From the NCBI GenBank assembly GCA_035552155.1, contig DASZLX010000018.1:391600-455599 (forward strand): a DNA stretch of 64,000 bases, in the 5' to 3' direction. The first letter of the stretch is position 1. Each line of letters opens with the position of its first letter. The DNA comes from Verrucomicrobiia bacterium. Its GTDB lineage: Bacteria; Verrucomicrobiota; Verrucomicrobiia; Limisphaerales; DASXHY01. Shown one piece after another: positions 1 through 9,400 of this stretch. The notes under the pieces are model-generated. The model saw only the letters and a list, made by a program, of their open reading frames with translations. It did not search any database and had not been told where the DNA came from. The position numbers were made by a program, and so were the translations under genes.

Positions 1-1698
1 CGGCTTGATGTCGCGATGCGTCAGGCCCTGTTGATGCAAAAATTCCAGGGCGTCGCTCAAGGCGATGCCGATGCGAATGCATTCCCGCACCGGCAGGCGC
101 TGCCCGGGCGACTGCGCGCGCACACTCATCAGGTCGCGCGGCTTGTAACTCGAGGGCTTCTTTTCCCAATCTGGAAAAAGCGCGTCGCCCAGCTCCATCA
201 CGTAATAAAAGTACGCCTCCCGTTTCCGCGTCACAAAATCCACGCGCAGCAGCCCGGGATGTTTGTCGGAAATGGGCTTGTAGCGGCTGATGCCGTTGAA
301 CTCGCGATCGAAGGGGTCCTTGTTGTTGTCGAACTTGGAAAGGTAAACGACTTTCAAGGCCTGCCATTGCCCGACGGCATTGCGCACGAGCCACACTTTT
401 CCATAAGCGCCTTCGCCGAATGGCGGGTCGAACAATTCATACTCCGGCGTGTCCGGCAATTCCGTGGCCGGGGTCCTGCCTGGCGGTTTCGCCGTTCGCC
501 GGGGCGATTTCGACACAAGTGATGCTTCCGTAATCGTGTCCTGCACGCGATGAAACGCCGGCATGAAAATTGCCCAGCCCAGCGCCAACGGCGCCTGGCC
601 GCCGGCGATGACCAGCCAGGGAAACCAGCGATTGCCGAAATAGCTCCACGAAACACAACCCAAGGTTACCGCGAGCGCGCCAATCGCCGCCACGGACAAT
701 GCGCGCAACGGCGTCAGGCGGCACAACCCGGCGCCCAGCAGGATTCCGGTGAGCACGAGCACGAGTGCTTCCGCCCAGGCCGGGGGACGTTCCAGCCAGT
801 CACCGTTCATCAGGTTCAGGAACTCGGTAATATTGAGGTCTACGCCGCCGTATGCTTCGCCGGTCCAGCGCGTGAAAGGCGTGCGGAATTTGTCCTTCTC
901 CGGATCTTCAGGGTCGGTGGTATGAGGTTGCGAGCCGATGAAAACAATCTTGCCGTGAAAATAGCGAGGCGGCTCTTCCTCGAGAGCATGGCGATAACTG
1001 ATGCGCGTCCAGGCGCCTTCGTGATAATAACGCAGCCAGCGTTCGCGCGCGTTATTATTATCCAATGGCGCGCCCGCCAAAGTCGCCGCCGCCCAGGCCA
1101 TGCTGAAAAATTGCGCCGGCGTGGAGGGGCCGGGTGACGGAAATGGCCAGTGTTTGCGCACGATCCAATCAAAACCATCCGGGTCAAACCAGGCCACGCC
1201 GGAATTGGTCCGCGCCGCATCGAGAAACAGGTCCGCCGGATAGGTAGGTTGCACGCCGTCCAACTTTCGGTTCACCACCTTGGATTGCTCCGCCATCAGG
1301 ACCACGTTGTTTCGACGCAACGCCGACACCAACGCGGCATCGTCGTCCGGATTTCGCGGGGCGCGAAAAAAAGTGTCCATGACGACCAACGCCGCCCCGC
1401 CGTCGGCGAGTTTGTTCAACAATCGTGCGTGCCGTTTTCGGTCCCACGGCTGCCCGGTGCCAGACTGCGGATCCAATCGTCCCTGTTTGTAGTAATCGTA
1501 CGACTCGTTATCCATCTGGACGAGCACGACCTGGTTGGTGACGGCGCGGGAGCTGAAACGAAATTGATAATCATAACTGGTGTCCACCCACCAGTCACCC
1601 ATCGGCGTGCCCCACAAAATCAGGCCGCAAAGCACGGCGAGCACCGCGCCCATGAACGGACGGAAAAGGCTCCACTCGCTAATCGCCTTTAAATTCAC
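1..1698 (-). CDS. CHASE2 sensor domain-containing Ser/Thr protein kinase (C-terminus runs off the window at nt 1)
   Basis: Not in the supplied ORF track because there is no stop inside the window. My translation of the minus strand is open from GTG 1698 to nt 1 (566 codons); an in-frame TGA lies directly upstream and ATG 1653 is an alternative start. Sequence: MNLKAISEWSLFRPFMGAVLAVLCGLILW..., then a CHASE2-like periplasmic part (VVLVQMDNESY, ALVVMDTFF), TM helices (ALVLVLTGILLGAGL; WFPWLVIAGGQAPLALGWAIF), then kinase motifs GEGAYGKVW, ALKVV and the catalytic loop HRDIKP at nt 18-1. The + strand ORFs 16-522, 550-1137 and 1150-1692 are Arg-rich antisense shadows. Confidence 0.85.
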   Translation of the reverse strand, partial: MNLKAISEWSLFRPFMGAVLAVLCGLILWGTPMGDWWVDTSYDYQFRFSSRAVTNQVVLVQMDNESYDYYKQGRLDPQSGTGQPWDRKRHARLLNKLADGGAALVVMDTFFRAPRNPDDDAALVSALRRNNVVLMAEQSKVVNRKLDGVQPTYPADLFLDAARTNSGVAWFDPDGFDWIVRKHWPFPSPGPSTPAQFFSMAWAAATLAGAPLDNNNARERWLRYYHEGAWTRISYRHALEEEPPRYFHGKIVFIGSQPHTTDPEDPEKDKFRTPFTRWTGEAYGGVDLNITEFLNLMNGDWLERPPAWAEALVLVLTGILLGAGLCRLTPLRALSVAAIGALAVTLGCVSWSYFGNRWFPWLVIAGGQAPLALGWAIFMPAFHRVQDTITEASLVSKSPRRTAKPPGRTPATELPDTPEYELFDPPFGEGAYGKVWLVRNAVGQWQALKVVYLSKFDNNKDPFDREFNGISRYKPISDKHPGLLRVDFVTRKREAYFYYVMELGDALFPDWEKKPSSYKPRDLMSVRAQSPGQRLPVRECIRIGIALSDALEFLHQQGLTHRDIKP

Positions 1699-1827
1699 TC
1701 AGGCAATTCTCACGGAGACGGCAGAGCGAAATCGAGCAAAAACCGCGACCGATAGAACAAGGGCGAGGCCCGGACGGATAATTCCGCCGGCAGCCTCGCC
1801 CCTGATGATTAATCGATGTGAATCGTC

Positions 1828-2955
1828 TCAGTGATGTCCGCGACTTTTCACGAAGGGCTGCACGCTGCCAAATAACCCGTGACTTTCGCCGGAGGGACCG
1901 GCACTGAAATAAAGGGTATTCGTCACGCCCGACTGCGTGCCGTTGCCAAACGTAAGACCCCAGAGGCCGTCAATCGACAACAGTTTGCCATTGGCCGCCC
2001 GGAGTTCACCACGGAAACGGCCGTTCGAGTCGAAGGACATGATGGTTCCACTGCCGAAGTTGCCGACCAGCAAAAGCCCACCGGCCTGGCCGAACGACTC
2101 CGGGGCGAGTGCGATGCCCCACGGTGAGTTCATTTGTTGGACCACCGGCCCGCGGGTGCCGTGCTTGCCTCTGATAACCGCGTCCCTGCCGGTGGCGAAG
2201 CGCTGGAACGCCCCGGTCTCCGGATTGAATACGTCGATCAATCCGTTTCCGGCGCCAGCCACGTCGTCGTGTTTAGCAGCATCTTGTTTGGCGAACGTTA
2301 CGAAGACCGTTCCATTGATGGTTTGAATGCCAAAGGGCGCGTAACCGGCCGGCGCATTTGAATCGGAGAATTGGCCGAGCAAGGCGGAATTGGTGCCATA
2401 CATATCCACCGTCCCCTGCCGAAAGTTCGACGCCAGCAAGACCAGCCCGTTATTCGGAGTGCTCGCTAGTGTCATCCCCTTGTAAACCGTGTTGGTGTTG
2501 CCCGGCACCAGGGTTTCCGCAGCTGTGCCCAACGTGGAACGCCATCCGGAAACAGTGCCATCCTCACTGACAAAAAGAAAAATGTCCCCGTTAAAACCGC
2601 CGGCGCTGCTAAAGGCCTGGCCGGTTGGCGTGCCATCGCCAGGAATGTGGACCACGAGCGGCACTCGGTTGACATGGGGCGCGCCGGTCGTGTCGTTCGT
2701 AACGGAATAAAGGGTTGAAACACCCGTTCCGTTATCGCTCACCCAAAAAGGTGTGGACGGGCCGAAGGAAATGCCCCACGCATTCACCAGGTTCGTGTCC
2801 TGCAACAGAGCCACGCCCGGCAAATCAGAAACGAGATTTGTCTGCTGGTAACGGTTATCGTCTGCCTGTGAGACGGATGCGAAAGCCAATAACGCGCTTG
2901 CGACGGTCAATCCCAAACACGCGGGCTTCATTTTGCCACGGAAACTAGTTTTCAT
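1828..2955 (-). CDS. TIGR03118-family secreted beta-propeller (NHL-like) protein
   Basis: ORF 1828-3015. ATG 2955 gives the signal peptide MKTSFRGKMKPACLGLTVASALLAFASVSQA. Motifs NLVSDLPGVALLQDTNLVNAWGISFGPSTPFWVSDNGTGVSTLY and LWGLTFGNG are typical of TIGR03118. Confidence 0.75.
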   Translation of the reverse strand: MKTSFRGKMKPACLGLTVASALLAFASVSQADDNRYQQTNLVSDLPGVALLQDTNLVNAWGISFGPSTPFWVSDNGTGVSTLYSVTNDTTGAPHVNRVPLVVHIPGDGTPTGQAFSSAGGFNGDIFLFVSEDGTVSGWRSTLGTAAETLVPGNTNTVYKGMTLASTPNNGLVLLASNFRQGTVDMYGTNSALLGQFSDSNAPAGYAPFGIQTINGTVFVTFAKQDAAKHDDVAGAGNGLIDVFNPETGAFQRFATGRDAVIRGKHGTRGPVVQQMNSPWGIALAPESFGQAGGLLLVGNFGSGTIMSFDSNGRFRGELRAANGKLLSIDGLWGLTFGNGTQSGVTNTLYFSAGPSGESHGLFGSVQPFVKSRGHH

Positions 2956-3459
2956 ATGTTTTTTGTTGTTGGTCTGGTTGGATACGGAGTGGGTCCCATT
3001 AAGAGTGAAGCGCACCCTGTTTGGTTCCCGAATAGTTATCGGGCGGTGAAGCGGCTGGCCGTCCGTTTTTAATACACCTTCTCGCCGTAGATGTTAAAAA
3101 AGCAGTCGGTTTTCACGCGAAATCCGGCTGGCCTTGCCCGCCCTCCGAGGAGGGTATTTTGGCCGCCCTCGTCACCACGCAAATGGCTCAGGTGATGCTT
3201 TTTAGCGCGCTTGATGCTAGAAAAATACCTTTGTTCCCCAGTCCATTACCGCCGCTGCGCACTGCTGCGGCGGACGGTTCATCAAATTCGTCCGACAGCC
3301 GTCAAGAAACAGGCGTTCTCCAGAAGCGATGATTTCTCCCTCGTAAACCGCCCGGCGTGTCAGCCAGACACTGACAAACGTCTGTCCCGCGACTCCGACA
3401 CGTTAATTGGCCCGACTCCGATTTTTAGTTTTTCCGCCACACGCCAGAGTAAGCGCACT

Positions 3460-6400
3460 ATGCGGAAAACATTTTACGCAATTTTAAGTATGGCTGTGTC
3501 GCTGGTGGCTCCGTTCGCGGGGCGCGCCGGCAACACCGCTGAATATTCAGTGCAGGTCAGCGCGAACGTGAAGGCGTCTCCGGCGCAAATCACGCTCACC
3601 TGGCCGCAAGACACGATTTCAACCCCGAAGGACTATCTGGTTTACCGGCGCGCGCCGGGCTCCTCTTCGTGGGGCAACGCAACGACCCTTCCGGGCTCGA
3701 CCACAACTTACGTGGACAACAACGTCGTCACCGGCGTTCCTTACGAATATCAAATCGTCAAACAAACGGCGGGTTACACCGGCTACGGATACATCTATTC
3801 GGGCATTGACGTTCCGCTCACCGAAAATCGCGGCACGCTCCTGCTCGTGGTGGACAACACCTACGCCCCGCAGCTCGTCAAGGAACTCACGCGGCTCCAG
3901 CAGGACCTCGTGGGCGACGGCTGGACGGTATCACGCATCAATGTGAGCCGTTCGGATTCGCCGGTCCATGTGAAGAGCCTCATCAAGGCCAAATACAACC
4001 AGGACCCGGCGAATACGAAAGGCGTGTTCCTCTTCGGCCATGTTCCGGTCCCCTACTCTGGCGACATCGTTCCGGACGGCCATTATGCCAATCACCAGGG
4101 CGCCTGGCCGTGTGATGGTTATTACGCGGACATGAACGGCACCTGGACGGACAACACCGTGGATGACACCAGCGCTGAAGACGCGCGCAATCACAATGTC
4201 CCGGGCGACGGCAAATTCGATCAGTCGAAATTTCCCGCGCCGCTGACGTTGATGATTGGCCGCGTGGACCTGGCAAACATGCCCGGGCGGATGAGCGCGG
4301 GCGGTCCCGCCACGTTCCCGAGCGAACTGGAATTGCTGCGCAACTATTTGAACAAGGACCATAACTTCCGGAATAAAACCATTTCCGCGCCCGCCCGCGC
4401 CATCGTCGGCGATTATTTCGGCGTGCGTGACGGCGAAGCCTTTGCGGCGAGCGGCTGGAGAAATTTCGCCCCCTTATTGGGCGCGAATAAAATCACCACG
4501 GTCGCCAAGGAAGGCACGTGGCTGCCGACGCTCCGCACCAACGCGTATTTGTTCGCGTACGGCTGCGGCTCGGGCAGCTACACCAGCATCGGCGGCATCG
4601 GCAGCGTGGGCCGTTATCGGGACGGGGTCACGACGGAACTCGTGCAGGACGACGTGAAGGCTGTGTTCACCCTGCTCTACGGCAGCTGGCTCGGCGATTG
4701 GGATTCCGAAGACAACATCCAGCGCGCGGTCCTGGCGACGAAAGATCTCGGCCTGACCTGTTCGTGGTCGGGACGTCCGCACTGGTTCATGCACCACATG
4801 GCGCTGGGCGAGCCGATTGGCTACAGCGCGCGACTGACCCAGAACGACGGTTTCACGGACCTTTACAAGAACGAGCAGAACAATTGCGAGAGCTGGACGC
4901 ACATTGCGTTGATGGGCGACCCTACTTTGCGCATGCAGATGGTGGCCCCGGCTTCCGATGTGACGGTGGCCGACAACGACCAGGGCGCGGACCTCACCTG
5001 GACGCCTTCGAGCGATTCAGTGGCAGGTTATAATGTCTATCGCGCGACGAACCCGAATGGGCCGTTCACGCGCCTGAATTCCGCACTCGTGAAAGACAAC
5101 ACTTTCACCGACGCCAATGCCACGGACGATTCCTTTACCTCGGCGCCGGGCGCACGTCCGGTCCTGGCGATGACCGGCCGCACGCAGTATTATTATATGG
5201 TGCGCGCAGTGAAATTGGAGAAATCCGCGAGCGGCACTTATTTCAATCCGAGCGAAGGCGCCTTCGCCTCCGCGCGTGGCACAACAGCCAACGTCAATGT
5301 TGCCAATGCGGCGACTCTGGTGCCGAAGCATCCGGTTGCGGTGAAACCGCAGGCCAAGGCTGATTACAGCATGGCGTTGGGCCGCGACCTGCCCCCGACC
5401 GGCGCGACGAGCGTAGACACGATTTGGTTCGATGACACTCTCCCTACGGGCGCAGTCAAGGACGGCAACGTCGATACTTGGAACTGGGTGAATAAAAGTC
5501 CCACCGCAGAATCCGGCAAGCTGGCTCATGAGTCCAAAATCAGCACCGGCCTGCATCAGCACATGTTCACCAAGGCCAAGCAGACTCTCAAAGTGAACAC
5601 GGGCGATACCGTTTACACTTATGTTTATCTTGATCCGGCCAATGTGCCGTCGGAAGTGATGTTGCAATGGAATGACGGCTCGACGTTTTATCATCGCGCG
5701 TATTGGGGCGCCAACAACCTCTCGTTTACTTCGCCGACGGCGGCAAGCCTGGTCTACATGGGACCGTTGCCGGCCGCAGGCCAATGGGTGCGCCTCGAAG
5801 TGCCTGCCAGCACTGTCGGCCTGGAAGGCGTGACGGTCAGCGGCATGGCGTTCTCGCTCTACGGCGGACGCGCCACGTGGGACAATTCCGGCAAATCGAC
5901 GCCGGTTGTCGTCACTACTCCCCCACCCGATAACAATCCGACGAATCCGCCCCCGACCAATCCGACGAATTCTGTCTCGAGCACCAACGACACCAGTTGG
6001 GTGGATGACTCGGTGCCCGCGGGAGCCGCTACCGACTACAGCGGCGGCGATACGTGGAATTGGGTAACGGCCAGTCCGTCACCCGAACTGGGAACGAAAG
6101 CGCATCAATCGGCAATTGCCAGCGGCCTGCATCAGCATTTCTTCAACGGCGCAACCGCTCCGCTCCAGATCAACACCGGTGACAAATTGTACACCTACGT
6201 TTATGTGGATCCAGCCAATCCGCCCACCGAAATTATGTTGCAATGGAGCGATGGATCTTCCTGGGAGCACCGCGCTTATTGGGGAGCCAACAGTGTGGCC
6301 TGGGGCACGGACAACACGCCCGGACTTTACCGGATGGGCACGATTCCGACGGCCGGCCAGTGGGTCCGCCTCGAAGTACCCGCCAGCAATGTGGGCCTGG

Positions 6401-9400
6401 AAGGCTCTTCCGTTGTCGGCATGGCGTTCACGCTCTACGGCGGACGCGTCACCTGGGACAACTCCGGCAAATCATCGGTGGTGGCCACTAATTCCACCTC
6501 GCCGACGAATTCACCGACCGGCACGAACACCCTGGGCAATCTCAGCGTGTGGTTCGATGACGCGTTGCCCACGGGGGCGGCTCCGGACTGGAATGTCGAC
6601 ACTTGGAATTGGACCAGCACCAGTCCGAATCCGGAATCCGGCACGCGCGCGCATCAAAGCGCCATTGCGGCCGGCCTTCACCAGCATTTCTTCACGAGCG
6701 CCTCGCAGACCATGTCGGTGGCAACGGGAGATATTCTTTACACCTACGTTTATATCGACCCCGCCAACGTTCCGAGCGAACTAATGTTGCAATGGAACGA
6801 CGGCGCGTCGTGGGAACACCGCGCGTATTGGGGCGGCAACAGCATCAACATGGGAACCGATGGTACGACCGGCCGCCACTATATGGGACCGATGCCGGCG
6901 ACGGGCCAATGGGTGCAATTGCAAGTGCCCGCCAGCGCGGTCGCGTTGGAAGGCAGCACTGTCAGCGGTATGGCGTTTACGCTCAATGATGGGCGCGTCA
7001 CCTGGGATAATACGGGCAAAGGAACCTTGGTGTCTTCATCGCCGGGTAACCCGAGCGATCCCGGCAATCCGACTAACAACCCTCCGCCAGTTACGAATTC
7101 ACCGCTGGCAATTGCTCTGTCCCACCCCGCGGACAACACGACCTACGCCGCTCCGGTCACTATGACGCTCAGAGCGACGACCAGCGGCGGCAGCGGAACG
7201 ATCAGCAAAGTGGCATTCTATTCGGGTGCGACTGAAATCGGCGAGGCGACCGGCAGTCCGTATAGCTTCAATTGGAGCAATGTCGGGGCCGGCACTTATT
7301 CCGTCACGGCGGCAGCGACGGACGGCAGCGGCGCCACGGTGCTCTCGACGCCAGTGCAGATTGTCATCACTAATGCTGTTATAATCGGAACCAATCCGCC
7401 GCCGCCAGATACCAATCTGCCACCGGCGACGAACAACCTGACCGGGCCGGGCAACTGGCTTCATGCCGCGAGCGCGGATGATGTGGCCTGTCTCATCCCG
7501 CAGCCGGGTGATTACACCCTGCACGTGCTGACGCCGACGTTGCTGGAGTTGAAGACCATCAACAGTGCCGCGAGCGGTTCGTTGACACCTTCCACTCTTA
7601 ACTTGGTCAGCAGCAGCTATAGCTTCCTGGCGCCCTCGACCGGACTCTTTGGCGTGACGGTCAACGGAAAAGCCGTGGCCGTAACCTCGGTCGGCTTCAA
7701 ACGGCGGCCGCTTTACGCGCCGCTTTACAAGTTCGACCTGCGCGTGGATAACAATGTTTATCTGCAGCTCGCTTCACCCATCTCGGACAACGATGTCATC
7801 AAGGTGACCAATCCGAGCGGGGCGTTGTGGAATGCCAGCACCACCTACTCGGCGACGGCGGACCCGCTGCGGTTCAACCCGGCGATCCACGTCAACCAGG
7901 AAGGTTACATGCCGAATTATTCCAAGAAAGCGATGATCGGTTACTGGGCCGGCAGCATGGGTGAAGTTTCCCTGCCGGTTTCCTCGGGCTTCACGCTCGT
8001 GGATGCGAACAGCGGCGCGACGGTGTTTTCCGGCACGCTTGCCCAGCGATTGGACTCGGGCTGGAACTACAGTCCCGCGCCTTACCAAAAGGTGTATGAA
8101 GCCGATTTCACGAGCTTCACCACGCCCGGACAATATCGTCTCGTGGTGCCCGGCATGGGCGCATCCCTGCCGTTCAACATCACCGACGGCATCGCCATGG
8201 CGTTTGCCCGCACCTACGCGCTGGGCCTTTACAACCAGCGTTGCGGCACCTCTGTGAGCCTGCCGTGGTCGCGCTATACTCACGACGCCTGCCATACGGC
8301 CGCAGCGACCATTCCCTGGCCGCCGCAGAACTACGCCTGGACGTGGCAGACCATCGATAATTACGGAACAATTGTTAACCCGGATAATCCGACGCAAACC
8401 GCGCCGAAGATCAACGAGAACACCCTGTTGTTCCCGTACGTGAACCAGGGCAAGGTGGACGTCTCCGGCGGTCATCATGACGCCGGCGATTACAGCAAAT
8501 ACATGACGGACAGCGCCGCGGTGGTGCATGCGCTCATGTTCGCGGTGGATTCACTGCCGGGCGTCGCGCAACTCGACAACATGGGCATCCCCGAGAGCGG
8601 CGATGGCGTCAGCGACGTCATGCAGGAAGCGAAATGGGAAGCGGATTACATCGCGAAGATGCAGGACGCGGACGGTGGATTCTATTTCATCGTCTATCCG
8701 ACCACGCGCGAATACGAATCGGACGTGACGCCGGACCATGGCGATCCGCAAATCGTGTGGCCCAAGACTTCGACGGCCACGGCCGCCGCGGTTGCCGCGC
8801 TGGCGCAATGCGCGTCCTCACCGGCGTTCAAGGCCGCGTATCCGCAGGTGGCGGCCAGCTATCTCGCGAAAGCGAAACTGGGCTGGACGTTCCTGACCAA
8901 TGCCATTGCCAAATACGGCAAGAACGGCATCTATCAAAAAATCACGCACTACGGCGACACCTTCGCCGACCAGGACGAGCTCGCATGGGCGGCGTGTGAA
9001 ATGTTCCTCGCCACGGGCGACCAGGGCATTCACCAGACGCTCATGTCGTGGTTCGATCCCTCCAGCTCGGCGACGTGGCGCTGGGGTTGGTGGCACATGC
9101 CGGAATCCTACGGCAACGCCATCCGCAGCTACGCCTTCGCCGCCCGCAGTGGACGCCTGCAGGCGAATCAGTTGAATTCGGCCTACCTGGCGAAGTGCCA
9201 GGCGGAAATCGCGGCTGCTGGCGACATGCAGTTGGGCTTTGCGCAGGCGAGTGCTTACGGGACGAGTTTCCCGACGCAAACCAAGGCTGTCCAGGGGGCA
9301 GGCTGGTATTTCTCGCAGGACCAGGCGTTCGATATGACGGTGGCCTACCAGTTGAATCCCAAGACGGATTATATGACGGCCATCCTCGAGAACATGAACT

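Noticed and set aside
16-1692. Plus-strand ORFs 16-522, 550-1137 and 1150-1692
   Set aside because: They are antisense to the uninterrupted CHASE2-kinase frame, which carries unmistakable kinase motifs (GEGAYGKVW, HRDIKP). Their translations are Arg-rich and low in information.
3141-3160. ccctccgaggagggtat hairpin as a third, degenerate copy of the 19-nt CCCACCCGAAAGAGGGATG motif
   Set aside because: The alignment needs gaps and several mismatches, and the distance to the nearest start codon (300 nt) differs from the two exact copies.
3211-3459. 83-codon N-terminal extension of the giant ORF (TTG 3211)
   Set aside because: The extension (MMLEKYLCSPVHYRRCALLRRTVHQIRP...) has no signal-peptide or domain character, whereas ATG 3460 is followed immediately by a classical signal peptide. 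The extension is treated as 5' leader.
5419-7023. Tandem ~550-nt periodicity (and 46666-49410) as a CRISPR array, VNTR or satellite
   Set aside because: The repeats lie in a single open reading frame, are far longer than CRISPR repeats, have no unique spacers, and diverge at the DNA level while being conserved at the protein level. They are protein-domain duplications.
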